Assembly: GCA_038087875.1 (NCBI GenBank)
Contig: CM075993.1
Location: 8,930,001-8,994,000 of the forward strand
Length of the DNA stretch: 64,000 nt
Direction of reading: 5' to 3'
DNA from: Malacoraja senta
Lineage: Eukaryota
Shown here: piece by piece, positions 52,705 through 64,000 of the stretch
Layout: every line of letters starts with the position of its first letter
How positions within the stretch are numbered: the first letter of the stretch is position 1
Notes under the pieces: generated by a model
What the model saw: the letters and a program-made list of their open reading frames with translations, nothing else
Told to the model about the DNA's origin: nothing
The model's database searches: none
Made by a program: the position numbers and the translations under genes

Positions 52705-52949
52705 GTGAGTGTTCCCAGAAGGTTTTTAAACTTTTTCTATCTACTTTCTTTGAGATGTTAATTTTAAGTGTCTATAAAATTGTTTGATATCAATAAAGTG
52801 AGATCAGGTTTATTGAAAAGTATTTAATGTTTCAACCATCATGCTGTACTTTTTCTTCATAACATGGCTAATAAATTATACAATTAGTTACTGTGAGACT
52901 GAAAAATGCAAATACAATTTTAGTTAATTATAGCTCTGACCCTAAATCC

Positions 52950-55900
52950 GATTCAGATTCAGATTCAGATTCAACTTTATTGTCATTGTGCAGTGTACAG
53001 TACAGAGACAACGAAATGCAGTTAGCATCTCCCTAGAAGAGCGACATAAATATGAGCAGTAAATAAATAAATCTAATCTAATAAATCCTGGTGGGAGGAG
53101 TGTCCGGGGGGGGGGGGGGGTGTGATTGGCAGTCACCGAGGTACAGTGTTGAGTAGTGTAACCGCCGCAGGGAAGAAGCTGTTCCTGGACCTGCTGGTCC
53201 GGCAACGGAGAGACCTGTAGCGCCTCCCGGATGGTAGGAGGGTAAACAGTCTGTGGTTGGGGTGAGAGCAGTCCTTGGCGATGCTGAGCGCCCTTCGCAG
53301 ACAACGCTTGCTTTGGACAGACTCAATGGTGGGGAGTGAGGAACCGGTGATGCGTTGGGCAATTTTCACCACCCTCTGCAGTGCTTTCCGGTCGGAGACA
53401 GAGCAGTTGCCATACCATACTGTGATGCAGTTGGTAAGGATGCTCTCGATGGTGCAGCGGTAGAAGTTCACCAGAATCCAAGGAGACAGATGGACCTTCT
53501 TTAGTCTCCTCAGGAAGAAGAGACGCTGGTGAGCCTTCTTGACCAGAGTTGAGGTATTGTTGGTCCAAGAGAGGTCATCGGAGATGTTGACCCCCAGGAA
53601 CCTGAAGCTGGAAACACGTTCCACCTCCCTCCCGTTAATGTGGATGGGGGTGTGCATGCTGCCCCTAGACTTCCTGAAGTCTACAATGAGCTCCTTGGTC
53701 TTCTTGGAGTTAAGGGCCAGGTTGTTGTCAGCGCACCATGCTGCTAGGAGCTGGACCTCCTCCCTATAGGCCGACTCATCGTTGTTGCTGATGAGGCCAA
53801 TCACCGTTGTATCATCTGCATACTTGATGATGGTGTTAGTACCATGTACAGGTGTGCAGTCGTAGGTGAAGAGGGAGTAGAGGAGGGGGCTCAGCACACA
53901 GCCCTGTGGAACGCCGGTGTTCAGGGTGAGGGTTGAAGAGGTGTGCTTGTCTAACCTAACAGACTGGGGTCTGTTGGTTAGAAAGTCCAGTATCCAGTTG
54001 CAGAGGGAGGGGTCGATGCCCAGGTCACCGAGTTTGGTGATCAGTTTAGAGGGTATGATGGTGTTGAATGCTGAGCTGTAATCGATGAACAGCATTCTTA
54101 CGTAAGTGTCTCTGTTGTCGAGGTGGGAGAGGGCGGAGTGAAGTGCCGTTGAGATGGCATCCTCCGTACTCCTGTTCTTGCGGTAGGCAAACTGATAGGG
54201 ATCCAACGTGGGGGGTAGGCAGCCTTTGAGGTGTGCCAGGACCAGCCTCTCGAAGCACTTGGCGATGATGGGAGTAAGTGCAACAGGGCGGAAGTCGTTG
54301 AGGCTTGCCGCAGTGGAGTGTTTTGGCACCGGCACGATGGAGGTGGATTTAAGGCACGTGGGCACAACTGCTTGGGCAAGTGACAGGTTGAAGATGTCAG
54401 TCCAGACGTCTGTCAGCTGCGCAGCACAGGCCCTGAGGACGCGCCCGGGGATGCCGTCGGGGCCAGCAGCCTTACGTGCATTAGTCCTACTCAGTGCCAC
54501 GTACACGTCGAAGGGGGTGAGTGAGAGGGGCTGGTGATCGGCAGGGAGCACCGCCTTGATGGCCAACTGCCGATTGTCCCTATCGAAACGGCCATAGAAG
54601 TGGTTGAGCTCCTCAAGGAAGGAGGCGTTACTGGATGTGGGGGTGGTGTTGGTGGGTCTAAAGTCCGTGATGGCCTGGATGCCTTGCCACATGCGTCGGG
54701 GGTCGGAGTTGTTGTTGAAGTGCTCCTCAATCCTGAGTTTATGGCAGTGCTTGGCCTTCTTTATGCCCTTCTTCAGGTTAGCCCTGGATGAACTATAGGC
54801 TCGGGCATCGCCTGACCTGAAAGCGGTGTCCCGTGCTTTCAGCAGTAGCCTGACCTCGCTGTTCATCCATGGCTTCTGATTCGGGAATATGGTCACCTGT
54901 TTGAGGGAGGTGACGCTGTTGATGGTGGAGTTTATAAAGTCCAGAACAGATGATGTATAGGAGTCAATGTCCGTGTGGGAGTCAAGGGTGGCCTGGGCTG
55001 CAAACGCCTTCCAGTCAGTGTTTCCAAAACACTGCTGAAGTGTGGAGTCCGCATCCTCTGACCAGACTTTAACTGTCCTCACAGTGGGTTTAACCCGTCT
55101 GATGAGTGGGGAGTACTTTGGGAGCAGGAACAATGAGAGGTGATCAGACTGTCCAAGGTGGGGGAGGGGGACGGCTTTGTAAGCTTCAGCCATGTTGGTG
55201 TAGACTTTGTCCAGTGTCTTGCCTTCTCTAGTGGCGAAGGAGACATGTTGGTGGAATTTGGGGAGTACAGTCTTCAGGTTGGAGTGATTGAAGTCACCCG
55301 CAACAATGAAGGCTGCCTCGGGGTTGTGAGTCTGTTGTTTGCTAATGGCAGAATGCAGATCTTTCATTGCAAGCTTGGCATTAGCATCAGGAGGAATATA
55401 GGCTGCAGTCACAACAGTGGAGGTAAACTCTCTGGGCAGATAGAACGGTCTGCATCTAACCAAGAGGAACTCTAGGTTAGCTGAGCAGTGACTCTCGATG
55501 ATGGTGGTGTCCGTGCACCATGCTTTGTTTACATAAATGCACAGACCTCCACCTCTGGTCTTACCGGAGTCAATTGTCCTGTCCGCTCGGAGTAAATGCT
55601 GCCCCGTTAGTTGGATGGCGCTGTCAGGAACGTCGGTGTTGAGCCAAGTTTCAGTGAGGATCAAGATGCTGCAGTCTTTGATCCAGTTGTGGGAGGTGAT
55701 CCTTAGCCGGAGTTCGTCCATTTTGTTAACCAGTGAGCGCACGTTGGCGAGGAAAAGGCTAGGAATCGCTAGCCTGTGTGGGGCGAGCTCTAACCTGGCC
55801 TTTAACCCACCTCTGCGTCCCCGGCGGTGCTTTCGTTCACGTCGCCGTCTGTTGGTGCTTCCGGTCGGCCGAGCTGGCTTGGTGCGCGCTGGTGTTCTGC

Positions 55901-56337
55901 CGCCCCTCAGCATCGCGGCTCCGCTGGTGTTCTGCCGCCCCGCGCCCCCGCGGCTCCGCTGGTGTTCTACCGCCCCGCGGCTCCGCTGGCCTACCGCCCC
56001 GCGGCTCCGCTGCCGTTGTTCTGCCCCGCGGCTCCGCTGCCGTTCTGCCGCCCCGCGGTTTCGCTGCCGTTCTACCGCCCCGCTGCTCCGCTGCTCCACT
56101 GCTCTGACTAGCTCAGGAGCGAGACGGAGATCGAGCAGAAAGTTGTTGCAGCCGCAGGAACCGAAGTCCAGAAGTTCCTGTCGGCTGTACGAAAGGGATG
56201 CAAGACTGCTCCGTGTGAGCAGCCTTGAGACAGGTAGGGGAATTGTCGCTATTTTCCCAATTTCTCGGGTTCTTGGGAGACACGGGGCGTCGCGATGTGC
56301 CCGCGCCGCCGCCATCTTAGACGGCGCGGGCACATCG
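52950..56337 (-). mobile_element. Apparently full-length, intact Rex-Babar clade non-LTR retrotransposon
   Basis: Single uninterrupted ORF; AATAAA and (TGAATC)n tail at 52950-52981; 5' hairpin at 56293-56337. Confidence 0.92.
53133..56333 (-). CDS. APE endonuclease + reverse transcriptase polyprotein (1066 aa; likelier start is aagATGg at 56315)
   Basis: APE motifs ANVRSL, LTETWL, GGGLCIY, AYIPP, VAGDFN, LDKVY, SDH; RT motifs [39 protein letters not shown]; Rex1-type [10 protein letters not shown] and LPSGRRYR. Confidence 0.95.
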   Translation of the reverse strand: MPAPSKMAAARAHRDAPCLPRTREIGKIATIPLPVSRLLTRSSLASLSYSRQELLDFGSCGCNNFLLDLRLAPELVRAVEQRSSGAVERQRNRGAAERQRSRGAEQRQRSRGAVGQRSRGAVEHQRSRGGAGRQNTSGAAMLRGGRTPARTKPARPTGSTNRRRRERKHRRGRRGGLKARLELAPHRLAIPSLFLANVRSLVNKMDELRLRITSHNWIKDCSILILTETWLNTDVPDSAIQLTGQHLLRADRTIDSGKTRGGGLCIYVNKAWCTDTTIIESHCSANLEFLLVRCRPFYLPREFTSTVVTAAYIPPDANAKLAMKDLHSAISKQQTHNPEAAFIVAGDFNHSNLKTVLPKFHQHVSFATREGKTLDKVYTNMAEAYKAVPLPHLGQSDHLSLFLLPKYSPLIRRVKPTVRTVKVWSEDADSTLQQCFGNTDWKAFAAQATLDSHTDIDSYTSSVLDFINSTINSVTSLKQVTIFPNQKPWMNSEVRLLLKARDTAFRSGDARAYSSSRANLKKGIKKAKHCHKLRIEEHFNNNSDPRRMWQGIQAITDFRPTNTTPTSSNASFLEELNHFYGRFDRDNRQLAIKAVLPADHQPLSLTPFDVYVALSRTNARKAAGPDGIPGRVLRACAAQLTDVWTDIFNLSLAQAVVPTCLKSTSIVPVPKHSTAASLNDFRPVALTPIIAKCFERLVLAHLKGCLPPTLDPYQFAYRKNRSTEDAISTALHSALSHLDNRDTYVRMLFIDYSSAFNTIIPSKLITKLGDLGIDPSLCNWILDFLTNRPQSVRLDKHTSSTLTLNTGVPQGCVLSPLLYSLFTYDCTPVHGTNTIIKYADDTTVIGLISNNDESAYREEVQLLAAWCADNNLALNSKKTKELIVDFRKSRGSMHTPIHINGREVERVSSFRFLGVNISDDLSWTNNTSTLVKKAHQRLFFLRRLKKVHLSPWILVNFYRCTIESILTNCITVWYGNCSVSDRKALQRVVKIAQRITGSSLPTIESVQSKRCLRRALSIAKDCSHPNHRLFTLLPSGRRYRSLRCRTSRSRNSFFPAAVTLLNTVPR

Positions 56338-56434
56338 TAGCAAGCATAAGGTATTTAATATAAAGATATTTTTTTCAGAATCAGAAAACAAAGGTTGAGC
56401 ATCACTGATATGCTAATAAAGCATTTGTAGTGAG

Positions 56435-58776
56435 GACAATAGACAATAGGTGCAGGAGTAGGCCACTCGGCCCTTCGAGCCAGCACCGCCATTCAATGTG
56501 ATCATGGCTGATTATCCCCAAACAGTACCCCGTTCTTGTCTTCTCCCCATATCCCCTGACTCCTTTATCTTTAAGAGCCCTATCTAGCTCTCCCTTGAAA
56601 GTATCCAGAGAACCGGCCTCCACCGCCCTCTGAGGCCGAGAATTCCACAGACAACTCTCTGTGTGAAAAAGTGTTTCCTCATCTCCGTTCTAAATGGCTT
56701 ACCCCTTATTCTTAAACAGTGGCCTCTGGTTCTGGACTCCCCCAACATCGGGAACATGTTTCCTGCATCTAGCATGTCCAAACCCTTAATTATCTTATAT
56801 GTTTCAATAAGATCCCCTCTCATCCTTCTAAACTCCAGAGTATACAAGCCCAGCCGCTCCATTCTCTCAGCATATGACAGTCCCGCCATCCCGGGAATTA
56901 ACCTTGTAAACCTACGCTGTAATCCCTCAATAGCAAGAATGTCCTTCCTCAAATTAGGGGACCAAAACTGCACACAATTCTCCAGGTGTGGTCTCACTAG
57001 GGCCCCATACAACTGCAGAAGGACCTATTTGCTCCTATACTCAACTCCTCTTGTTATGAAGGCCAACATGCCATTCACTTTCTTCACTGCCTGCTGTACT
57101 TTCATTGACTGATGAACAATGACCCCCAGATCCCATTGTACTTCCCGTTTTCGCAACTTGACACCATTTAGGTAATAATCTGCCTTCCTGTTTTAGCTAC
57201 CAAAGTGGATAACTTCACATTTATCCACTAAACTGCATCTGCCACACATCTGCCCACTCACCCAACATGTCCAAGTCACCCTGCATTCTCATAGCATCCT
57301 CCTCACAGTTCACACTGCCAGCCAGCTTTGTGTCATCTGCAAATTTGCTAATGTTACTTTGAATCGCTTCATCTAAATCATTGATGTATATTATATAGCT
57401 GTGGTCCCATTACCGAGCCTTGCGGTACCCCACTAGTCACTGCCTGCCATTCTGAAAGGGACCCGTTAATCCCTACTCTTTGTTTCCTGTCTGCCAACCA
57501 ATTTTTTATCCATGACAGCACTCTACCGTCAATACCATGTGCCATAATTTTGCCCACTAATCTCCTATGTGGGACCTTATCAAATGCTTTCTGAAAGTCC
57601 AGGTACACTACATCCACTGGCTCTCCCTTGTCCATTTTCCTAGTTACATCCTCAGAAAATTCCAGAAGATTAGTCAAGCATGATTCCCCCTACATAAATC
57701 CATGCTGACTCGGACCAATCCCGTTACTGCTATCCAAATGTGCCACTATTTCATCTTTTATGATTGACTCCAGCATCTTCCCCACCACCGACGTCAGGCC
57801 AACTGGTCTATACTTCCCTGTTTTCTCTCTCCCGCCTTTCTTAAAAAGTGGGATAACATTAGCTACCATCCAATCCACAGGAACTGATCCTGAATCTATA
57901 GAACATTGGAAAATGATCACTAATGCATCCACGATTTCTAGAGCCACTTCCTTAAGTACCCTGGGATGCAGACCATCAGGCCCTGGGGATTTATCAGCCT
58001 TCAGTCCCATCAGTCTACCCAACACCATTTCCTGCCTAATGTGGATTTCCTTCAGTTCCTCCGTCACCCCAGATCCTCTGGCCACTACTATATCAGGAAG
58101 ATTGTTTGTGTCCTCCTTAGTGAAGACAGATCCAAAGTACCTGTTCAACTCATCTGCCATTTCCTTGTTCCCCATAATAAATTCACCTTTTTCAGTCTTC
58201 AAGGGTCCAACTTTGGTCTTAACTAATTTTTTCCTCTTCGCATACCTAAAGAAGCTTTTACTATCCTCCTTTATATTCTTGGCTAGCTTACCTTTGTACC
58301 TCATCTTTTCTCCCCGTATTGCCTTTTTAGTTATCTACTGTTGCTCTTTAAACATTACCCAATGCTCTTGCTTCCCTCTTATCTTTGCTACGTTGTACTT
58401 CTCTTTTATTTTTATACAATCCCTGACGTCTCTTGTCAGCCATGGTCGCCCCTTACTCCCCTTGGAATCTTTCTTCCTCTTTGGAATGAACTGATCCTGC
58501 ACCATTCCCATTATTATTCCCAGAAATACCTGCCATTGTTGTTCCACTGTCATCCCTGCTAGGGTATCTTTCCAGTCAACTTTGGACAGCTCCTCCCTCA
58601 TGGCTCCATAGTCCCCTTTATTCAACTGGAACACTGACACCTCCGATTTACCCTTCTCCCTCTCCAATTGTAGATTAAACCTGACCATATTATGGTCACA
58701 GCCAATGGCTCCTTAACCTCGTTCCTTTATCAAATCCGGTTCATTACATAACACTAAATCCAGAATTGCCTTCTCT
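56435..58776 (-). mobile_element. CR1 LINE, 5'-truncated, frameshifted; same subfamily as 1-1957
   Basis: ORFs 58335-58688, 57690-58304, 57378-57677 and 56584-57012; KTEKGEFIMG...EMVL identical to ORF 5-196; (CTATTGT)n tail. Confidence 0.95.
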
Positions 58777-59096
58777 ACCTAGAGTAGTACATAACCTAGA
58801 GTACTACATTGTTCCAGTCAGCATGGGTGTAAATGCAAAATGAACAAATTGAAATTGAAACAAAATTGGTTAATATAATAATACCCAACTTTTTCTGTGT
58901 CTGACACTGTTAGCATAATTGGTAAATACTTGTAAGTACTGATATATTACCAGTATTTAAATTATTATTCCATGAGTAGAAATTATATGATTTATTGGCA
59001 GTGTAAGGAATTTTGCTGATATAACTTTAAACATTTATAGTATTTAAAATTAACATTTGGCTTCGCAAATAACAAAAGGAACTGCTTTGTTTGCAG

Positions 59097-59165
59097 CTGA
59101 ATACAAAACTCTTTGTCCTGGAGGAGAAGGTTTTAAACCCAACCCCATCACAGTTATATTGGAGG
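59097..59165 (+). CDS. FBN1: Fibrillin exon TB4 part 2 ([23 protein letters not shown])
   Basis: ttgcag| ... |gtaatg, 69 nt. Confidence 0.95.
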
Positions 59166-59251
59166 GTAATGTCTTATAACTTTTTATAAATTAGATTTTG
59201 AATGTTCCACAGTGTGAATAGTACATTACCTTATGTTATTGCTTTCTACAG

Positions 59252-59377
59252 ATATTGATGAATGTAAAGAATTACCTGGACTCTGTCAAGAAGGAACATG
59301 TCTCAATACTTTTGGTAGTTTCCAGTGTGATTGTCCACGAGGTTTCTATTTGAATGAAGAAACCAGAGTATGTGAAG
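59252..59377 (+). CDS. FBN1: Fibrillin exon cbEGF23 ([42 protein letters not shown])
   Basis: tacag| ... AAG|gtatat, 126 nt. Confidence 0.96.
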
Positions 59378-59854
59378 GTATATTTACTGAAGTGTAATTA
59401 TCACTCGGGCTTTAATATTTTTAGTTTGGTTTATTGTTTTTATATTTTGTGGACCATATATAACAATTTTCTTTTGCTGCTTATCAGAGGCAAAGTAAGT
59501 CATCAAACAGAATATGAAGACCAGAAAAAATTGTAAGAAGACAGGGGTAATAAATAATATTCAGAATACTCAGTTCATGCACTAAAACTAGACTGTTTCA
59601 GAAATGGAAGATCAATAAAAGATTTCATAAATAACACTGACATTGTACTCAAATAACTACTTGTAGCGTCACTAGCTAATTGAGGGCATATTTAGTGTTC
59701 GGGTGCATTGAGTACATAATCTCAGCTGCACAACTGTAGAAAAATGTTGAATAGAGCACATAAGGTAATTTTCTGCTATTCAAGGGCATGATTTGGAAAA
59801 TTGACATCACAGGATCGTAATCTCACCAGCAAACTGAGATGAGCTTTCAGATAA

Positions 59855-60072
59855 AAGATAAACACAAAATGCTGGAGAGTAGGCGGAAAAAACTGGAAGT
59901 GAAAAAATATACAGAACCACCCCACCCTCCTTGCAACAATCGGTCTGAAAAAGGGTCCCGACCCCAAATGTCACCTATCAATTTTCTCCGGAGATGCTGC
60001 CTGACCTGCTGAGCTACTTCAGCATTTTGTGTATCTTTGGTATAAACCAGCATCTGTAGTTCCTTTTTATTA
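59855..60072 (+). mobile_element. Penelope pLTR remnant with short inverted 5' piece
   Basis: ctgaaaaagggtcccgaccccaaatgtc, gagatgctgcctgacctgctgag. Confidence 0.65.
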
Positions 60073-60421
60073 CAATTTGAGCTTTCATATAGTTCTTAAT
60101 GGCCAGATAAAAGCAATATTGGCAGGTGCTTGCAGCTGTTATGTACAAACTGGAGCAAAGTACGTTCTAATTATCAAACAAAAAATGATAAATAGATAAG
60201 ATACTAAGAATAACATACTAAATCCTGCATACATTTTAAGAAGATACCTATTTTGATATAGTTTACCAATTGCTATTCTTTTAATGGTAAAATTCAGTTA
60301 ATGGCTGGAAATCTGGAAATACTACTATATTTAACATTCCCTATGCAGTTTATACCTGTACTGAAACTATAATACGATCATATAACTTTAATTGGTTCTA
60401 AGAGCAGTATCACATCTAAAT

Positions 60422-61113
60422 TGTAGAAACAAGGAACTGCAAATGCTAGTTTACCAAGGAAGGGCGCAAAATACTGGAGTAACTCGGCAGGTCAGGCAGC
60501 ATCCCTGGAGATAGATACAAAAAGCTGGAGTAACTCAGTGGGACAGGCAGCGTCTCTGGTGAGAAGGAATGGGTGACGTTTCAGGACGAGACCCTTCTTC
60601 AGACTGATTAGGGATAAGGGAAAAGAGAGATATAGACAGTGATGTAGAACAATGAATGAAAGATATGCAAAAAAGTAACGATGATAAAGCAAACAGGCCA
60701 TTGTAAGCTTTGTAGGGTGAAAATGAGAAGCTGGTGCGACTTGGGTGTAGGAGGGATGGAGAGAGAGAGAGAGAGAGGGAATGCCGGGGCGACCTGAAGT
60801 GAGATAAATCAATATTCATACCTCGTTTTCACCCTACAAACAGCTTACGACCTGTTTCCTTTATCATCGTTACTTTTTTGCATATCTTGCATTCATTGTT
60901 CTTTATCTCTCCGCATCACCGTCTATGTCTCTGGTTTCCCTTATCCCTAACCAGTCTGAAGAAGGGTCTCAACCCGAAACATCACCCATTCCTTCTCTCC
61001 AGAGATGCTGCCTGTCCCGCTGAGTTACTTCAGCTTTATGTGTCTATCTTCTGTTTAAACCAGCATCTGCAGTTCCGTATTTTAAACCAACATCTGCAGT
61101 TCCTTCTTACACA
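60422..61113. mobile_element. Inverted pair of Penelope pLTRs (minus about 60510-60820, plus about 60822-61113)
   Basis: Hammerhead motifs at 60575-60603 (-) and 60956-60983 (+); arms are mutual reverse complements. Confidence 0.85.
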
Positions 61114-61116
61114 GCA

Positions 61117-61776
61117 TTGACAAATCCACACCTGACTCCTGAAGAGTGTTTCTGATCTGTGGGACAGGTGTTTGGAGATTTTTCTTTATTATAGAGAGAA
61201 TTCTTCTGTCATCAGCTGTGGTGGTCTTCCTTGGCCTGCCAGTCCCTTTGTGATGAGTAAGCTCACTAGTGCTATCCTTCTTCTTAATGATGTTCCAAAC
61301 AGTTGATTTTGGTTAGCCTAAGGTTTGGGTGATGTCTCTAACAGTTTTATTCTTGTTTCTCAGTCTCATAATGTCTTATTTGACTTTAATTGGCACAACT
61401 TTGGTCCTCATGTTGAAAAACAGCAATAAAAGTTTCCAAAGGTGATGGAAAGACTGGAGGAAATACTAGGTGCTGAGAGCTCTCTTATACCTGCATTAAG
61501 GAGGCAATTATTACGCACCTGAGCAATTACAAACATCTGTGAAGCCATGTTTCCAAAACATTATGGTGCCCTGAAATGAGGGGACTATGTCTAAACACTG
61601 CTGTAATTTTTACGTAGTGAAACCAAAATGTATAAAAATGGCCTTTATTAAAATCTGTCATGTGCACTTTAACCACATGTGATTTTTTTTTTCTCTATTA
61701 CAAATCTCAAATTGTGGAGTACAGAGGCAAATAAATAAATGATGGGTCTTTGTCCCAAACATTATGGAGGGCACTG
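61117..61776 (-). mobile_element. Tc1 left half (TIR plus transposase 5' part), same family as 28172-29843
   Basis: Ends cattatggagggcactg+TA; reverse complement aligns to 28172-28770. Confidence 0.9.
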
Positions 61777-62044
61777 TATAAGTTTATCAAGAAATTACTT
61801 CTGCCGCATTCACAGAAGTCAGTAAACACCTTGATTACTGTGATCCATTGACCTTTAGTATGACAGACCTTATGCAGAAGTTAAGCTTCCCAAAGCATGT
61901 TTGGCATATATACATTGCTCAAGTGAAATGTAGCTAAACAACCATAATTGATTCTAAGTTCTCAGTATGTACAGCTTTATTTTACAAAATGGAGATATAA
62001 TGTTTCATTATCCAAAACATTTGTTCATTTGCTTTTTTTTTCAG

Positions 62045-62170
62045 ACCTTAATGAATGCGTTAGTTCACCTGGTATTTGTGGCCCTGGTACTTGTTTTAAC
62101 ACACTAGGAAACTATACCTGTATCTGCCCACCAGATTACATGCAGGTTAATGGTGGAAACAACTGCATGG
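62045..62170 (+). CDS. FBN1: Fibrillin exon cbEGF24 ([42 protein letters not shown])
   Basis: ttcag| ... |gtaagc, 126 nt. Confidence 0.97.
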
Positions 62171-62304
62171 GTAAGCATCTATCAAACTAGTAAGAATCTA
62201 TCAACTAGTAAGACTTTAATCAGTTAAGATCAGTTTTCTTGAGTAATAATAATCTTTCTTATTTAGTAACAACAGGTAACAGATATTAACCTTTTAATTT
62301 GCAG

Positions 62305-62463
62305 ACATGAGAAAAAGCTTCTGCTTCAAAAATTTCTACGGTGAAAATGGCACATGTGATGGTGAACTGCCCTTCAATATGTCAAAAAAGCTGTGCTGCT
62401 GTGCATACAACATCGGGAAAGCCTGGAATAGGCCTTGTGAACAGTGTCCCCTTCCGGTCACAA
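62305..62463 (+). CDS. FBN1: Fibrillin exon TB5 part 1 ([53 protein letters not shown])
   Basis: tgcag| ... ACAA|gtaatt, 159 nt. Confidence 0.94.
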
Positions 62464-62551
62464 GTAATTTGTTTTCTATCAAATTCAGAAATTTACAGTG
62501 GGATTCATGCTGTGTATATTGCATTGACATTTATGCTGAATTATATTTCAG

Positions 62552-62623
62552 ATGAATATGTTCTTCTTTGTGGGAGTCAGAGACCAGGCTACATTATTGA
62601 CATTACAACAGGACTGCCAGTTG
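62552..62623 (+). CDS. FBN1: Fibrillin exon TB5 part 2 ([24 protein letters not shown])
   Basis: ttcag| ... |gtaaga, 72 nt. Confidence 0.95.
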
Positions 62624-62799
62624 GTAAGATGTCACTTTATGTTTTGCACAAAGTATTTAATTGATAAATATTCTTGAACAGTAAAATAGTTTGTAAAAAA
62701 AAAATCATGTCTCCTCAAGGTTCAGGAATTGCATATAAAGAGAGCTTTACAAATGGAGGCCCTACATTATTATGGAATTAGATTTAATGATTTAACAGA

Positions 62800-63340
62800 A
62801 ACGAGTAACTGCAGATGCTGGTTTACAAATAGACACAAAGTGCTAGAAATCTCAGTGGGGCATGCTGCATCTCTAGAAAACATGGATAGATGATGTTTCG
62901 GATCGTGACCCTTCTGAGACTGGTTGTATTGGGACAGTGGGTGGTGGGGAAGAAAACTGGAAGTGAGGGGCATGACAAAACCTGGCAAGTAGTGAGTGGA
63001 TACAGGTGAGGGGGGTTTTGATAGGCAGATGGTTAAACAAAGGCCAGAGATGAAAAGACAAAAAGATTGAAGAGAAGTGAATTAGTGAAGCGCTGTGAAG
63101 CTAAAGGAAGGAGTGGAGAGGGAGGGGAGAGATAGGTGTGAGTACAGGTGGGACATGCGAGAGCACGGGGGAACAGGAAGTGGGTGGGGAATGGGGGTTG
63201 GTTAGATACTTAACATTGGAGATTTCAAACTTCATACCATTGGGTTGTAAGCTACCCAAGCGGAATATGAGGTGCTATTCCTCCAGTTTGTGTGTGGCCT
63301 CACTCTGGCAGTGAAGGACCCAGGATAGAAATGTGAATGT
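62800..63340 (-). mobile_element. Penelope 3' end (endonuclease C-terminus plus pLTR), older subfamily
   Basis: Minus strand HCQSEATHKLEE*HLIFRLGSLQPNGM; decayed hammerhead at about 62892-62920. Confidence 0.75.
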
Positions 63341-63563
63341 GTGTGTCCAGCACTTGCTGTTTTTGTTTTTTATTTTTAGCATTGTAATGGCCTTATTCAT
63401 AACTTGGATTAAAAGGTTTTCACTTGAAAACCAACATGACTTTCCAAATGTTGTCCAAAGAAATAAAGAAAGCAATAAGTATTGAGATTTTATTGTCATA
63501 TGTACAAGAATGGAACAATATCATTCTTACTTGCAGCAGCACAACAGGGTTGTAAACACAGTA

Positions 63564-64000
63564 CAGTAAACACTCATTTTAAGTTCCTTTATAATGGATT
63601 TTGGGTATAGTGGTTGGACCTGCCCACACAACCCCCGATTTGCACACCTACCTGGCTGCTTACAGCCCGGCTTCCAATGCCACCCCTGGCTCGCAAGGTG
63701 CACCAGTGAGCTGTTCTACACCCACCACACGGCTTACATTGTAGCTCTTGGGAGCAGTGCTTTCTTCACGCCACCTCCACTGACAGCACTGTGGTGCTCC
63801 CTCCCCTCCCACCAGTTGCTGCTTCTTCCTGTCGGCCATCATTTTGTCCGCTCCACTATCGCTGCCTCCTCCTCCTCCTACCCTGGCGGTAGAGTGGGGA
63901 GTGGACAAAGCAAAGGCCAACAGGATAAGCGGCAACTGCTGAGAGGGGAGGGAGCACCACAGTGACCAAGCGTTTCTTGTCATTGGCAGCAGCCTGAAGA
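63564..64000. mobile_element. MITE related to 4439-5073, runs off window
   Basis: TA+CAGTAAACACTC terminus; shared internal gtagc..tggg..cagtgctttcttc and ctccctcccctc. Confidence 0.55.

Larger units (their letters stand above)
2626..62623 (+). other. FBN1: Fibrillin gene span (partial; 21 exons, hybrid2 end to TB5), most likely fibrillin-1
   Basis: Exon order hyb2-cbEGF-TB-12xcbEGF-TB(RGD)-2xcbEGF-TB matches fibrillin architecture. Fibrillin identity is near certain; FBN1 vs FBN2 rests on remembered motifs [15 protein letters not shown] and CGSQRPG..IDI.TGLPV. Confidence 0.7.

Noticed and set aside
55537..56340. 267-aa antisense ORF over the Rex-Babar 5' region
   Set aside because: Mirror frame of a GC-rich repetitive coding region; no domain motifs
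57760..58494. 244-aa + strand ORF (also 56663-57112 and 1261-1545)
   Set aside because: Antisense shadows of CR1 ORF2

Overview
Eukaryotic (vertebrate) genomic DNA; the repeat content (HE1/V-SINE-like SINEs, CR1 LINEs, Penelope elements) suggests a cartilaginous fish, which is an inference. The whole window lies inside one + strand fibrillin gene, most likely FBN1 but with several FBN2-like residues. I traced 21 consecutive GT-AG, phase-1/phase-1 coding exons (2613 nt, 871 codons, no stops): end of hybrid domain 2, cbEGF10, TB3, cbEGF11-22, TB4 (with RGD), cbEGF23-24 and TB5. The introns are filled with transposons: several CR1 LINEs (some nested), one apparently intact 3.4 kb Rex-Babar LINE (1066-aa APE+RT ORF with a perfect 5' hairpin), a decayed Rex-Babar copy, two IR/DR Tc1 copies, pogo/Tigger-like MITEs, tRNA SINEs and a head-to-tail array of Helentron-like elements. 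There are also about ten Penelope terminal-repeat copies carrying minimal hammerhead-ribozyme motifs (CTGAAGA...GAAACGTH), one attached to a GIY-YIG endonuclease remnant. There are no prokaryotic systems, CRISPR arrays or rRNA/tRNA genes. Paralog comparisons are from memory of human fibrillins, not from an alignment.
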